This document shows positions 48,333 through 60,927 of a stretch of DNA of 64,000 bases, piece after piece. The notes under the pieces were generated by a model. That model searched no databases, had not been told where the DNA came from, and saw only the letters and a program-made list of their open reading frames with translations. Every line of letters begins with the position of its first letter. Within the stretch, counting starts at the first letter, position 1. The position numbers and the translations under genes are program-made. Origin of the DNA: an uncultured Litorivicinus sp. (GTDB lineage Bacteria > Pseudomonadota > Gammaproteobacteria > Pseudomonadales > Litorivicinaceae). The stretch is taken from contig CACBSE010000002.1 in the NCBI GenBank assembly GCA_902541775.1, positions 15,677-79,676 of the forward strand. The letters run 5' to 3'.

Positions 48333-49718
48333 TTATCCAGTCAATGCCTTTAATAAGTTGCTGTAATCATCTCGAATTGCCAAATCAGTGTCACATAATT
48401 CCTTTATCTTTCTACACGCATGCAGAACCGTCGTATGATCGCGCCCTCCAAATGCTTCACCGATTTCAGGTAACGAATGATCGGTCAACTCCTTACACAA
48501 AGCCATTGCAACTTGACGGGGCCTCGCCACCGAGCGATTGCGACGTTTCGAGAGAAGGTCAGAAATTTTAATCTTAAAATAATCAGCAACCATCCGCTGG
48601 ATATTATCGAGAGAAATTTGACGATCATGAACCGCTATTAGATCTCTCAACGTTTCCCTTACGAAATCAAGTGTAATCGTTTGTCCAAAAAAATGTGCGT
48701 TTGCCAACACACGTTTCAATGCACCCTCAAGGTCACGGACATTACTTCGAACCTTTTGCGCAATAAAAAACGCACAATCCCTTTTCAATTCAACGCCAGC
48801 TTCCTGCGCCTTGTTAATTAAAATTGCAACACGCGTTTCAAGCTCCGGCGGTTCAAGCCTCACCGTCAACCCCCATCCGAAGCGCGACTTCAGTCGATCC
48901 TCCATATTGTCGATCTCTTTTGGATACCGATCTGACGTCAAAATAATCTGTTGCTCACCCTCAAGCAGACTATTGAACGTGTGAAAGAATTCTTCTTGAG
49001 ATTTCTCCTTACCCGCAAAAAATTGAATGTCATCAATGAGTAATGCATCCACATTCCGATACACTCGCTTGAAGTCAGCAATTGCATTAAGCTGCAACGC
49101 CTTAACCATATCTGCAACAAACCGTTCAGAATGGACATAAATGATTTTCGCTTTCGAATTCTGCGAACGAATCTGATTGCCAACAGCATGCATCAAATGG
49201 GTCTTTCCTAGTCCTGTATCCCCGTAAAGAAACAAGGGGTTGTACTCAGATCCTGGTTTTTCTGAAACACGTTGTGCGGCCGCTTTAGCCAATTGGTTTG
49301 ACTTACCCTCAACAAAATTACCGAACCGAAAGTCTAAATTGAGGCGGTTACTGTGCTTGATTGACCCTTCAACAACCGCTGGCTCACGATCCTGCATCTG
49401 AGAAGCGTTTTCTTGTGCTCTGCGCTCCTTCCTTTTCTCGGGCTTAGCGGCTGACACCAAACTTGGGAGCGACCTGTCACCAGCGTTCGATGAACCCACC
49501 CTGACTGAAACGTGGAAAGTGCCACCCACATGCTGCGAATAGAATGACTGAATTCGGTCGAGATAGCGGTCCGCCACCCAATCTTTGACGAAGCGATTAG
49601 GTGCAAACAGGTAAATGGATTGCGCACTCTCTTCGACCTGCAGCGGTTTTATCCATGTGTTTAACTGCTCAGCTGTCAATTCTGAAGCAAGCTGTTCAAC
49701 GCAAACATCCCAATTCAT
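48333..49718 (-). CDS. dnaA: Chromosomal replication initiator
   Basis: [39 protein letters not shown]. Start moved to ATG 49718 after GGAG. Confidence 0.98.
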   Translation of the reverse strand: MNWDVCVEQLASELTAEQLNTWIKPLQVEESAQSIYLFAPNRFVKDWVADRYLDRIQSFYSQHVGGTFHVSVRVGSSNAGDRSLPSLVSAAKPEKRKERRAQENASQMQDREPAVVEGSIKHSNRLNLDFRFGNFVEGKSNQLAKAAAQRVSEKPGSEYNPLFLYGDTGLGKTHLMHAVGNQIRSQNSKAKIIYVHSERFVADMVKALQLNAIADFKRVYRNVDALLIDDIQFFAGKEKSQEEFFHTFNSLLEGEQQIILTSDRYPKEIDNMEDRLKSRFGWGLTVRLEPPELETRVAILINKAQEAGVELKRDCAFFIAQKVRSNVRDLEGALKRVLANAHFFGQTITLDFVRETLRDLIAVHDRQISLDNIQRMVADYFKIKISDLLSKRRNRSVARPRQVAMALCKELTDHSLPEIGEAFGGRDHTTVLHACRKIKELCDTDLAIRDDYSNLLKALTG

Positions 49719-49736
49719 TGATTGATTTCTCCGTAA

Positions 49737-49928
49737 CGGGGATAAGTTATGCACAATCTCTCCCGCCAACGTCAATAGCGTCACGTCACATATTTATTAA
49801 ACCTCTGATTAATATATGAAAATTTCTTTTTTAATGGTTTTGTGGATAGCTTTGCCAAAACCGCTTAAAACGCCGAAAAAACTGGTTTAAAAACAATAAT
49901 AAAAAGCTGATCTGTCCAACTATCCACA
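49737..49928. promoter_or_regulatory. DnaA-box cluster in the dnaA-rpmH spacer
   Basis: TTATGCACA 49747-49755, CTATCCACA (rev) 49841-49849, CTATCCACA 49920-49928, degenerate box (rev) 49737-49745; AT-rich. Confidence 0.75.
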
Positions 49929-50056
49929 GCCAAAGCCTGCCTATAAATTAGTCAATAAAAATTGAGGTAATTGCACCAACTCGACAAACTCTTTTAATCA
50001 ATCCTATCTTCAGATATTATCGCAGCGCCAAATGGTTAATTAATAGGAAAAGAGTC

Positions 50057-50191
50057 ATGAAACGTACGTTTCAACCAAGCGTCCTTAAACGCGCTCGAAA
50101 TCATGGTTTCCGTGCACGCATGGCCACCAAAAGCGGTCGTCAAATTATCGCCCGTCGCCGCGCGAAAGGTCGTAAGCGCCTATCTGCTTAA
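50057..50191 (+). CDS. rpmH: 50S ribosomal protein L34 (below the ORF-track size cutoff)
   Basis: Translated by eye: [44 protein letters not shown]. Confidence 0.97.
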   Translation: MKRTFQPSVLKRARNHGFRARMATKSGRQIIARRRAKGRKRLSA

Positions 50192-50203
50192 TCGGATCGC
50201 ACC

Positions 50204-50557
50204 ATGGCGGTAATCTCACTGCCGTCGCGAAGTGACTTTGATAATGTCTTTTCAAGCCCCGATGCTAAATTCAATTCTCGGGATTTTTTGGTTTTAGCCA
50301 AACGGAACGGTCACCTCTGTGTGCATCGCGTTGGTTTCGTAACCTCAAAGAAAAAAATTCGCCGAGCGGTCGATCGTAATCGTTTCAGAAGAGTCTTTCG
50401 AGAATACCTGCGGACCGAATTTGTTGCGCCAACTAGCGACATCGTAGTCATTGCACGGAAGATTCCTGACTCCCTGCGCTCTTCACAGTTCAGAGACGAA
50501 CTTCATCATGCGCTCACAAAGCTTTCTAAACGACTCGGAGCAACCGATGCAAGTTAA
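50204..50557 (+). CDS. rnpA: Ribonuclease P protein component
   Basis: [18 protein letters not shown] (RNR motif), DIVVIAR; follows rpmH. Confidence 0.92.
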   Translation: MAVISLPSRSDFDNVFSSPDAKFNSRDFLVLAKRNGHLCVHRVGFVTSKKKIRRAVDRNRFRRVFREYLRTEFVAPTSDIVVIARKIPDSLRSSQFRDELHHALTKLSKRLGATDAS

Positions 50558-50801
50558 TCGTCTTTTCAGCGCTTTGGCGATTGCGGTAATTCGTTTCTAC
50601 CGGTACTTTGTGTCTCCATTAACTCCCCAATCCTGTCGGTTTCAACCAACTTGCTCAGCATATATGATAGAAGCAATCGAGCAGCATGGTGTGATCAAAG
50701 GATTATGGTTGGGAATAAAACGAATCAGCAAATGTCATCCCGGCCATCCTGGCGGACATGATCCGGTTCCTGAATACAACGGAAATACGAGACAACATTA
50801 A
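50547..50801 (+). CDS. yidD: Membrane protein insertion efficiency factor
   Basis: [24 protein letters not shown]. Start ATG 50547 after GGAG. Confidence 0.93.
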   Translation: MQVNRLFSALAIAVIRFYRYFVSPLTPQSCRFQPTCSAYMIEAIEQHGVIKGLWLGIKRISKCHPGHPGGHDPVPEYNGNTRQH

Positions 50802-52477
50802 TGGATATTCAACGCACTGGTCTTCTCGCAATCCTCGGCATCTTGACTTACGTTCTCTTTCTTCAGTGGAACCGATATACAGAAACGAACCAACAACTCA
50901 CCCAAGTTAGTGCTGCACAACAATCGACTATCTCCCAACCAAACCCAACCAATGAAATTCCTTCAAGGGACAATCGCTTGGAAGCACCCGTCGCACCCCT
51001 AAAGGCAAATACTACCGGTGATCTCCTCCTGATAAGTACTCCGATCACCGACATCACAATCGATCTAACTGGTGGTGATATAATTCAGGTACTGCTCAAG
51101 GATTACCCGGTTTCGTTGAGAGATCCTAATAATCCAATCGCATTACTTGATACGCTAAATCGGACGTATGTTGCTCAAAGCGGGCTCGTGGGTACCGATG
51201 GTCCAGATGCGTCATCAACCGGGCGACCTATTTATCAAGCAAAGAAAAACCAATACGTCATTGATGCACCGACAGACGTTTCCATTCAAACGACGTCTCA
51301 ATCAGGTCTGATAGTTACCAAAACTTTTTCAATTGACCCTACTCGTTACGATGTTCAAATAACTCACACAATTCAAAATACTTCCGATACCGCGAAAACT
51401 GTTTCGCCTTTTGTTCAGCTGAAGCGAGATAACTCTGCCGATCCCTCAATTCAAAACTCGATGGGCATGCAAGCGTTCTTGGGATATGCACTTCGAACAA
51501 CTGAAGAACGATATCGCAAAGTATCGTTTTCAGATTTTGAAACGACAGCTGATGCTCGGAATCTCAATATGGAATTAAAAAGAGATTCAGTAGCCGGCGG
51601 ATATCTCGCGCTCTTACAACACTACTTCACGAGTGCTTGGGTACCCACCGACGATCAAACCCACTTGTATTCTTTCCGGACTAACCAAGACGGACATTTC
51701 ATCGGTAGTATCATCAGTCCAGACATCGTTATTCCAGCAGGTGAAACTCAACAGACTGTAGCAACGCTCTATGCCGGGCCTAAAGATCAAGACACTCTAG
51801 AACTATTATCACCAGGTCTCGAGCTCGTGGTTGACTATGGATGGCTCTGGTTTATTGCTCAACCTTTGTTCTGGTTATTAAAATTTATGCACACATATGT
51901 GGGTAATTGGGGCTTCGCAATTATCTTAGTTACAGTCGTTGTGAAGGCCGCTTTCTTTCAATTGTCTGCTGCAGCTTACAAATCAATGGCTAAAATGCGG
52001 AAGTTCACGCCTGAGATCACGCGCATGCGTGAACTCTATGGTGACGATCGTCAACGAATGTCAAAAGAAATGATGGATCTTTACAAGCGTGAAAAGATCA
52101 ATCCATTGGGCGGCTGCTTACCGATTCTTGTGCAGATGCCCGTTTTTATCGCATTGTATTGGGTCCTGCTCGAAAGTGTTGAACTTCGCCAAGCGCCTTT
52201 TATTCTGTATATCGAAGATCTCAGCGTCAAGGATCCATATTTTATCTTGCCACTGTTAATGGGCGTTTCGATGTACATCCAAACTTCTCTCAACCCAACA
52301 CCACCGGATCCAATGCAGGCTAAAATCATGAAGTATATGCCTGTTGCATTTACTGTCTTTTTCTTGTGGTTCCCGGCTGGACTCGTTCTCTACTGGGTTA
52401 TCAACAATATTCTGTCGATTGCTCAGCAATGGGTAATTACCAAATCCATCGAAAAAGCTGATCCTCAGCACTCATGA
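50801..52477 (+). CDS. yidC: Membrane protein insertase
   Basis: VDYGWLWF, GNWG, NPLGGCLP..QMPVF, FPAGLVLYW. Confidence 0.97.
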   Translation: MDIQRTGLLAILGILTYVLFLQWNRYTETNQQLTQVSAAQQSTISQPNPTNEIPSRDNRLEAPVAPLKANTTGDLLLISTPITDITIDLTGGDIIQVLLKDYPVSLRDPNNPIALLDTLNRTYVAQSGLVGTDGPDASSTGRPIYQAKKNQYVIDAPTDVSIQTTSQSGLIVTKTFSIDPTRYDVQITHTIQNTSDTAKTVSPFVQLKRDNSADPSIQNSMGMQAFLGYALRTTEERYRKVSFSDFETTADARNLNMELKRDSVAGGYLALLQHYFTSAWVPTDDQTHLYSFRTNQDGHFIGSIISPDIVIPAGETQQTVATLYAGPKDQDTLELLSPGLELVVDYGWLWFIAQPLFWLLKFMHTYVGNWGFAIILVTVVVKAAFFQLSAAAYKSMAKMRKFTPEITRMRELYGDDRQRMSKEMMDLYKREKINPLGGCLPILVQMPVFIALYWVLLESVELRQAPFILYIEDLSVKDPYFILPLLMGVSMYIQTSLNPTPPDPMQAKIMKYMPVAFTVFFLWFPAGLVLYWVINNILSIAQQWVITKSIEKADPQHS

Positions 52478-53817
52478 TCCGTTCTGATACGATCGTCGCA
52501 TCGGCCACAGCACCAGGTCGTGGGGCGATCAGTATCATCCGACTTTCTGGCCCCCAATGTGTGCAGATCGCACAAACACTAAGTGGCAAACTACTAAAGC
52601 CTCGAATAGCCACCTTTGGATCAATCATCTCCCAATCTGAAGTCATCGATACTGGTATTTGGATTTATTTTGCTGGTCCACATAGCTTCACTGGCGAGGA
52701 TACTGTTGAGTTCCAAGGACACGGCGGTCCAGTTGTCACACAAACAATCCTGCACTTAATGACTCATCTTGGTGCACGACTTGCAGAACCAGGGGAATTC
52801 AGTCAACGCGCTTTCCTCAATGGGAAGATCGATCTGACTCAAGCAGAAGCAATCAGTGATTTAATCAATGCTTCATCGGTATCTGCTGTCAAAGCAGCCA
52901 ACAATTCTTTACAAGGCAACTTTGCTGATCAGGTCAACTCTATTATCTCGCATCTCATCACTCTGAGAACACAAATCGAGGCGCATATTGACTTTCCAGA
53001 CGAGGATATTGAACCCCAAAGCATCAACGCATTTTCCCTAGCAATCACCGATATCAAAACCGATATCGATAAGCTAGTACAATCCGCTCATGAAGGCGCA
53101 AAACTCAATCGATCAGCTGAAATCGTATTAATCGGTGAACCAAACGCTGGAAAAAGTTCATTACTCAACGCGCTCGCTCGAGCACCACTCGCCATCGTGA
53201 CTGATATCCCTGGAACAACCAGAGATTTAATCCGCCACGAATTGTTGATAGATGGGCTTGAAATACGAATCACTGATACGGCGGGTATTCGTTCCACAAC
53301 CGATATCATAGAAACTGAAGGTATCAATCGAGCAATCAAAGCACTGCAAGCAGCGGATCTAGTGCTCTGCTTATTTGATGAGCGCCATCAACAAATTTCT
53401 GAGGACACCGTTCAAAATCTAATTGGAATACTTCCAAATATTCCTGTTGGCCTGTTGAACACCAAGATTGACATACATCGCAAACCCATCAATAACCAGA
53501 CTCGTTACCCACTATTGGAGGTCTCTTCTAAAACAGGGGAGGGCTTACCGGAGTTCCGAAACTGGTTGCTTGAAAAACTCAATTTAACAACTCACGCAGA
53601 AACACCATTTTTGGCTAGACAACGTCACTTGGAACACCTGAAACACGCGAATTTGCATATTAAAGCTGCCGACCATCACCACGTTGCGGTCGAAACGATC
53701 GATCTCATTGCCGAAGACTTGCGCTTGACACAGAATGCGCTGTCCGAGATTACTGGACGCTTCACATCCGATGATCTTTTAACTTCAATCTTTTCCACAT
53801 TCTGTATCGGCAAATGA
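52474..53817 (+). CDS. mnmE: tRNA modification GTPase
   Basis: SFTGED, GEPNAGKSS, PGTTRD, DTAG, FCIGK C-terminus. Confidence 0.97.
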   Translation: MIRSDTIVASATAPGRGAISIIRLSGPQCVQIAQTLSGKLLKPRIATFGSIISQSEVIDTGIWIYFAGPHSFTGEDTVEFQGHGGPVVTQTILHLMTHLGARLAEPGEFSQRAFLNGKIDLTQAEAISDLINASSVSAVKAANNSLQGNFADQVNSIISHLITLRTQIEAHIDFPDEDIEPQSINAFSLAITDIKTDIDKLVQSAHEGAKLNRSAEIVLIGEPNAGKSSLLNALARAPLAIVTDIPGTTRDLIRHELLIDGLEIRITDTAGIRSTTDIIETEGINRAIKALQAADLVLCLFDERHQQISEDTVQNLIGILPNIPVGLLNTKIDIHRKPINNQTRYPLLEVSSKTGEGLPEFRNWLLEKLNLTTHAETPFLARQRHLEHLKHANLHIKAADHHHVAVETIDLIAEDLRLTQNALSEITGRFTSDDLLTSIFSTFCIGK

Positions 53818-54058
53818 TGTGGATATGAAGGCGCTTTGCTCCATGAAGAACTTATGGATAATGATCAGCGTGAATAACTCGACCTTTTGTACACCACTAT
53901 TAACATCTTGTGCTAACCCCCTAGGTGTTCATATGCACAGTATTAAGGATCAATTAAATAATTGATAACACGATTAAAAAATATCTTTTCCACATATCCA
54001 AACATCCGTAATATAAATAACTCCAATAATACTTTTCTTTAGATATTCTTTTATATAT
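53791..54058. other. Probable replication origin oriC (mnmE-mnmG spacer)
   Basis: Multiple DnaA-box-like 9-mers (53791, 53818 rev, 53853 rev, 53869 rev, 53931, 53986), a perfect IHF consensus at 53955-53967 (rev), and a very AT-rich tract at ~54005-54058. Confidence 0.75.
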
Positions 54059-55945
54059 ATGGATTACACACGTTTATATGATGTCATCGTGATTGGCGGT
54101 GGTCATGCTGGTACAGAAGCTGCTCATGCTGCTGCTCGTATGGGCAGTGATACATTACTTATAACTCATTCCATAGAAGCGTTAGGTCAAATGTCTTGTA
54201 ACCCAGCAATTGGTGGAATCGGTAAAAGTCACCTTGTCAGAGAAATAGATGCTTGTGACGGACTCATGGCAAAAGTCATAGATCGAGCTGGTATCCAATT
54301 TCGCGTGTTAAACCAAAGAAAAGGGCCAGCGGTTAGAGCAACACGCGCCCAAGCTGATCGCATGCTCTATCGTCAACACATGCGATATGTGCTTGCAAAC
54401 ACACCGAATCTTACGATCTTTCAACAACCTGTATCTGATCTTCTGATTGATAATGATCAAGTCAAAGGTGTTGTATTAGGAATGGGACTTAAGCTCTATT
54501 CCAGAACAGTAGTAATAACAGCTGGAACATTCTTAGCTGGTCAGATTCACATTGGGATGAATCAACAATCTGGTGGACGTGCTGGTGATCCCGCATCCAA
54601 TGATTTAGCAAATTCTCTGCGCGGTAGACCATTCCGAATAGCACGTCTGAAGACTGGAACACCACCGAGAATCGATTCTCGTTCTGTTGATTGTAAAAAT
54701 CTTCAAGAACAACCAGGAGATACGCCAACTCCGTATCTATCAATGATGAGCACAGGAGATGAACATCCGCAGCAAATCCCATGCTATCTATCCAGAACCA
54801 CTGAAAAAACACGCGATATTATTTTAGAAAACTTACATCTTAGCCCGATGTATGCTGGTGTCATCGAAGGTGTTGGACCACGTTATTGTCCTTCTATCGA
54901 AGATAAAATAGTACGCTTTGCTGATAAGCCTACACATCAGGTTTTTCTAGAGCCCGAAGGTTTAAATTCTCATGAGTTATATCCGAATGGTGTCAGCACG
55001 TCGCTGCCCTATGAAGTTCAATTAGCTATTGTTCGCTCGATGGAGGGATGCGCTGACGCAATTATTACTCGGCCAGGTTATGCGATTGAATATGATTTCT
55101 TTGATCCGCGTGATTTGAATTCGACTTTAGAAAGTAAGATCGTAGCAAACCTTTATTTTGCTGGCCAAATCAACGGGACGACAGGTTACGAAGAGGCTGG
55201 TGCACAGGGTTTGTTAGCTGGAGCGAACGCAGCTTTAAGAGCACAAGATCGAGAGTCATGGGTTGTCGGACGTGACGAAGGTTATTTGGGTGTAATGGTT
55301 GACGATCTGATTACGCTGGGAACACAAGAACCTTATCGAATGTTCACCTCACGCGCTGAATACCGATTGGCCTTACGTGAGGACAATGCGGACACTCGGT
55401 TGACAGAGAAAGCATGGACGTTGGGTCTCGTTGGCGAAGAACTATGGCAAAAGTTTAACGATCGACAGGAACAAATACATAACGAATTAAGTCGATTAAA
55501 GTCAATTTGGGTTCGACCATTAGATCCCTGTACAGAAAATCTTAATCGGGTGTTAACCGCGCCTCTATCGAAAGAATCAACAGCACACGATTTGTTGAAA
55601 CGCCCCGAAATTCATTATCAAGATTTGGTCGAATTGGCTGATATTGGCTGCCATAGTGATCCCTCAATCTCATCGCAAGTTGAAATTTTAGTGAAATATT
55701 CCGGCTATATTGATCGTCAAACAGATGAAATTAAGAAATTGAAAAAAAATGAACAGGTTCGCTTACCGACAGACATCGATTACTCCAAGATTGTTGGTTT
55801 ATCGAATGAAGTGAAGCAAAAGTTACTCGATCATCGCCCAGAAACAATTTCACAGGCTTCGAGGATCTCAGGTGTAACACCCGCGGCTGTTAGTTTGTTA
55901 CTGGTTTATCTGAAAAAACTTGAATTGAGTCATCTGGCAAGTTAA
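54059..55945 (+). CDS. mnmG: tRNA uridine 5-carboxymethylaminomethyl modification enzyme (GidA)
   Basis: [39 protein letters not shown]. Confidence 0.98.
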   Translation: MDYTRLYDVIVIGGGHAGTEAAHAAARMGSDTLLITHSIEALGQMSCNPAIGGIGKSHLVREIDACDGLMAKVIDRAGIQFRVLNQRKGPAVRATRAQADRMLYRQHMRYVLANTPNLTIFQQPVSDLLIDNDQVKGVVLGMGLKLYSRTVVITAGTFLAGQIHIGMNQQSGGRAGDPASNDLANSLRGRPFRIARLKTGTPPRIDSRSVDCKNLQEQPGDTPTPYLSMMSTGDEHPQQIPCYLSRTTEKTRDIILENLHLSPMYAGVIEGVGPRYCPSIEDKIVRFADKPTHQVFLEPEGLNSHELYPNGVSTSLPYEVQLAIVRSMEGCADAIITRPGYAIEYDFFDPRDLNSTLESKIVANLYFAGQINGTTGYEEAGAQGLLAGANAALRAQDRESWVVGRDEGYLGVMVDDLITLGTQEPYRMFTSRAEYRLALREDNADTRLTEKAWTLGLVGEELWQKFNDRQEQIHNELSRLKSIWVRPLDPCTENLNRVLTAPLSKESTAHDLLKRPEIHYQDLVELADIGCHSDPSISSQVEILVKYSGYIDRQTDEIKKLKKNEQVRLPTDIDYSKIVGLSNEVKQKLLDHRPETISQASRISGVTPAAVSLLLVYLKKLELSHLAS

Positions 55946-56565
55946 TGGGTCTAGTTGACGGTTTAAACCACCTTGGGTTGTCATATTCAAAGAACCAATT
56001 AGTCAGCTTGCAGATCATTCTTAATGAGCACTTAAAGTGGAACAAGGTATATAACCTCAGTGCACACCGAAATGAAAAAAGTGTTTTAATTTATCAAATA
56101 TTAGATTCTTTGACCCCACATGAATTTATTCGCGAGGGGAAACTACTTGATATAGGAACCGGCCCTGGTTTTCCCGGATTACCGCTTGCATTATTTTTCC
56201 CAAATACACATGTGACGATCATAGATTCCAACGATAAAAAGCTCGCTTTTGCTAAACATATCAAAGCCCTACGCAATATCAGTAATTTGAAAATTATACA
56301 TAAACGAATCGAAGAATTACCAACAACCCAACAGTTTGATCAAATAATCAGCAGAGCTTTTATGCATCTCAATGGTATGATCGAATGCTCGCTCTCTTTC
56401 CTAAAGCTCGATGGAGAGATCTTGGCAATGAAAGGCGCGCAAGCGGAAAACGAAATAGTTGACGCACAATCAACGCATGGCACTTGTGTGATTAGATTAC
56501 ATAAGTTGCCTCATATTGTAGATGAACAGCGGATGTTGGTAGTAGTCAAACAGAGATCAGAATGA
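55945..56565 (+). CDS. rsmG: 16S rRNA m7G527 methyltransferase (GidB)
   Basis: WNKVYNL, LDIGTGPGFPG, SRAF, AMKG. Confidence 0.94.
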   Translation: MGLVDGLNHLGLSYSKNQLVSLQIILNEHLKWNKVYNLSAHRNEKSVLIYQILDSLTPHEFIREGKLLDIGTGPGFPGLPLALFFPNTHVTIIDSNDKKLAFAKHIKALRNISNLKIIHKRIEELPTTQQFDQIISRAFMHLNGMIECSLSFLKLDGEILAMKGAQAENEIVDAQSTHGTCVIRLHKLPHIVDEQRMLVVVKQRSE

Positions 56566-57341
56566 CCCGAATTATTGCGATAACAAACCAAAAAGGCGGT
56601 GTTGGAAAAACAACCACATGCGTAAATTTAGGCGCCACTCTAAGCGAGATGGGTTACCAGGTGCTGGTTATCGATTTCGATCCCCAAGGCAACGCGACCT
56701 CAGGTTCAGGGGTGTTAAAAAATACAATTGATCATGATGTACGCGGCTTACTACTTGGTGAATCGACTTTCCAAGAAACCTGTACTCTGAGGACTGAAGC
56801 TGGGTATGACTTGCTACCGTCAGATATTCAACTGACTGAGGCAGAAGTTGGCTTGATTGGTCAACCAAGGGCCCAATTTAGATTGAGAGATGTCCTTGTT
56901 GAACAGGCGGACAGTTATGATTTCGTGTTAATTGATTGTCCGCCGGCATTAAGCATTTTGACAATTAATGGGTTGATTGCTGCTGATGGCGTCATTATAC
57001 CGGTGCAATGCGAGTTTTTTGCGCTCGAGGGAATTACCGCATTGATTGAGACGATCGATCAAGTTCAGGGCAGTCATAATTCAGATTTGGTGATTGATGG
57101 TGTTCTTCGGACAATGTATGACCCGCGAACTAGTCTGACCCGGCAAGTTTCCCAGCAACTCGAACAGTTTTTCGGTGACCGGGTTTTTAAAACGGTGATT
57201 CCTAGAAATGTTCGGTTGGCAGAGGCACCGAGTCATGGGTTACCAGTATTACGGTACGATCGGTTATCAAAAGGGGCTTTATCTTACCTTGCCTTTGCCA
57301 CTGAATTACGTAAACGACTTAGATTGAAAAAAGCAGCATGA
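56562..57341 (+). CDS. parA: Chromosome partitioning ATPase ParA/Soj
   Basis: NQKGGVGKTT, DPQGNAT, IDCPP, IPRNVRLAEAPSHG. Confidence 0.96.
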   Translation: MTRIIAITNQKGGVGKTTTCVNLGATLSEMGYQVLVIDFDPQGNATSGSGVLKNTIDHDVRGLLLGESTFQETCTLRTEAGYDLLPSDIQLTEAEVGLIGQPRAQFRLRDVLVEQADSYDFVLIDCPPALSILTINGLIAADGVIIPVQCEFFALEGITALIETIDQVQGSHNSDLVIDGVLRTMYDPRTSLTRQVSQQLEQFFGDRVFKTVIPRNVRLAEAPSHGLPVLRYDRLSKGALSYLAFATELRKRLRLKKAA

Positions 57342-58237
57342 CCCAAAAAAAACGCGGACTTGGTTTTAATCCTCTTTTAGGTCTCGATCAATCAACGGTG
57401 GATGCCGTTCTTAATACGGGACAGTCGCCGCAAGATTCCACACGTTTTAAAGGAACAAGAGGTTTGATCCAACTTCCTATCGAAGAAATCATTCCGAATC
57501 CATTTCAACCACGAACACGTTTTAACGAACTCGAACTAGACGAACTATCGGATTCCATTCGCCAACATGGTGTGATGCAACCAATTGTTGTACGTCGGAC
57601 GGCGCGAGGGTTCGAGTTAATTGCGGGTGAACGTCGTTGGCGGGCGAGCCAACGAGCAGGACTAGGCGATATTCCTGCAATCATACGTGATCTCAATGAT
57701 CGGCAAGTCGCTGCTTTAGCACTGATTGAAAATATTCAAAGAGAGCAACTGACTGCGATAGAACAGGCGCGAGCACTGGCTCGTATGCGCGATGTATTTT
57801 CAATGGATCAGACAGCGTTGGCGGCAATGATTTCATCGAGTCGATCGAATGTAGCCAATCTGCTGCGCCTGTTGAATTTGGCTCCAAGTGTTCAATCGAT
57901 GCTGGAAGCTGGAAGCTTAGAGATGGGGCATGCGAGAGCGCTGTTACCTCTTCCCGAAAACATACAACAAAAAGCTGCAGAGGATGTTGTGAAATTACAA
58001 CTTTCCGTGAGGCAGACTGAAGCTTTGGTCAAGCGATTGTTGTCCGATGACACGGCACCATCAGAAACCGATGGTAAAGATCCGGATGTCAGTCGGTTGG
58101 AAAGTAGGCTTTCTGATCGCCTTGGCGCAACTGTTCAAATCAAAGTGAAAGGTGGTGGAAAAGGGCATATTGTGATTGAGTTTGGTTCACTTGACATCTT
58201 GGATGGCATCGTTGCGCGTTTAAAAGTCAAAGATTAA
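57338..58237 (+). CDS. parB: Chromosome partitioning CTPase ParB/Spo0J
   Basis: QPR, IAGERRWRA, IENIQRE, HTH, GHARALL. Confidence 0.96.
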   Translation: MTQKKRGLGFNPLLGLDQSTVDAVLNTGQSPQDSTRFKGTRGLIQLPIEEIIPNPFQPRTRFNELELDELSDSIRQHGVMQPIVVRRTARGFELIAGERRWRASQRAGLGDIPAIIRDLNDRQVAALALIENIQREQLTAIEQARALARMRDVFSMDQTALAAMISSSRSNVANLLRLLNLAPSVQSMLEAGSLEMGHARALLPLPENIQQKAAEDVVKLQLSVRQTEALVKRLLSDDTAPSETDGKDPDVSRLESRLSDRLGATVQIKVKGGGKGHIVIEFGSLDILDGIVARLKVKD

Positions 58238-58316
58238 AATACACTACCTTCGACGTAGTTTTGATGATTGTCATTGATCCGACACATTGGACTGCATATA
58301 CTCCCGCGACAAATGG

Positions 58317-58697
58317 ATGGCGATCAGCTTGAAAACCCACCCAGTGGCGATCGTTTTTTTGATGCAAATTGCTTTGACGGCGGGCAGTTCGACCATCGCT
58401 TATACAGTTTTGGGCCCAGTACATGCGTTTAGTGTCGTAGTGGGAGGAAGTGTTGCGATCATGCCACAGAGCCTTTTTGGCTTTTGGGTATTTCGGCAAC
58501 GCGGTGCCCGCAATGCGCGAGCAATAGCCAGGAACCTATTTGTAGGCGAAGGGCTTAAGTTGAGTATTACGGCAACACTTTTTGCAATTGTCTGGTTGAA
58601 CGCCGAATCGTTAAAAGCCGTTGCAGTATTTGCCGGGTTCGTTATAACGGTCTTGGCCGGACAATTGAGTCTTCCTTTGATCTTGAAAGGGAAATGA
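58317..58697 (+). CDS. atpI: ATP synthase protein I
   Basis: Four hydrophobic segments with a GA..A...F.GE..K pattern; first gene of the atp operon. Start uncertain. Confidence 0.85.
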   Translation: MAISLKTHPVAIVFLMQIALTAGSSTIAYTVLGPVHAFSVVVGGSVAIMPQSLFGFWVFRQRGARNARAIARNLFVGEGLKLSITATLFAIVWLNAESLKAVAVFAGFVITVLAGQLSLPLILKGK

Positions 58698-58706
58698 ATA
58701 CATTGA

Positions 58707-59832
<1,126 letters not shown>

Positions 59833-59878
59833 GACGTCCCGATCCTTTGGATGATTTAACCGACCGCGAGGTGTAATT

Positions 59879-60349
59879 GTGAATCTAAATCTGACCCTTA
59901 TCGGGCAGCTCATCGCTTTTACGATCTTTGTCATCTTCTGTATGAAGTATGTTTGGCCGCCTATTTCCGCGGCCCTGGTAGAGCGCCAGAAGAAGATCGC
60001 CGAAGGCCTTGATGCTGCCGACAAAGCGGCTCGTGATCTTGAAAGCGCAAAATCTCAGATCGAAGATGAACTGAGGCAAGCTCGAACTCAAGTTACTGAG
60101 CTGTTAGAGCAGGCGAATAAAAGATCGTCACAGATCGTTGAGGAAGCACAAGATAAAGCAAGAGCCGAAGCCGAGAAAATTATGGCATCAGCTCAAGCCC
60201 AAATTGCTCAAGATGCAGCTCAAGCACGTGAATCACTGCGCGCTGATGTTGCTAAGTTAGCTGTTGTTGGTGCAGAGCGTGTGCTAGGCGCAACTGTCGA
60301 TCAGGCTGCGCATAAAAAGCTGTTAGCCGCGTTGGCTGAAGAGCTTTAA
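59879..60349 (+). CDS. atpF: ATP synthase F0 subunit b
   Basis: NLTLIGQ, KYVWPP, coiled coil. Confidence 0.96.
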   Translation: MNLNLTLIGQLIAFTIFVIFCMKYVWPPISAALVERQKKIAEGLDAADKAARDLESAKSQIEDELRQARTQVTELLEQANKRSSQIVEEAQDKARAEAEKIMASAQAQIAQDAAQARESLRADVAKLAVVGAERVLGATVDQAAHKKLLAALAEEL

Positions 60350-60360
60350 GGAGACGACCG

Positions 60361-60900
60361 ATGGCAGAACTCACTACGATCGCTCGACCCTATGCCAAAG
60401 CGATATTTTCGCACGCTGTCGCTGCAAAAGCTGAAGCAGCATGGAGCTCGTTTTTGCAGAAAGCCTCTTCAATCACTGTTGATGAAGCAATGGTTCAAGT
60501 GCTAAAGAATCCGGCCGTTAAAGCCGACGCGAAATGCGGGATTCTGAGGGACTTAACCAACGATGTGGCAGTAGATGGTACGGATGCATTGATGGAAGCG
60601 CTAGCGTATTACGGGCGCCTTTTAGCTTTGCCTGCGATTTCAACAGAATTTGAAACTCTTTTGGCACAAGGTCAAGATGCTTTGGAAGTGACAATTACCA
60701 GTGCATTTCCTTTGGAGAACGATGAGATTCAGATTTTAGAATCCAAGTTGAAAGCGCGTTATGCAGGCAAATCTATTCGTGTTGAGACGGCCGTTGATCA
60801 ATCGTTGATCGGCGGTTTCGAGATTCGATCGAGTGATACTGTAATTGACGCGACGGTTCGAGGGCGGCTCTCTAAAATTGCCGAATCCCTGACCGCTTAA
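60361..60900 (+). CDS. atpH: ATP synthase F1 delta
   Basis: TIARPYAKA, LIGG, VIDATVRGRL. Confidence 0.96.
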   Translation: MAELTTIARPYAKAIFSHAVAAKAEAAWSSFLQKASSITVDEAMVQVLKNPAVKADAKCGILRDLTNDVAVDGTDALMEALAYYGRLLALPAISTEFETLLAQGQDALEVTITSAFPLENDEIQILESKLKARYAGKSIRVETAVDQSLIGGFEIRSSDTVIDATVRGRLSKIAESLTA

Positions 60901-60927
60901 GCAAAGAGAATTTGAAAGGAAAGTTTC

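Noticed and set aside
49502-49520. parS-like half site (ACGTGGAAA) in dnaA
   Set aside because: Left arm does not match; too many mismatches to the 16-bp consensus.
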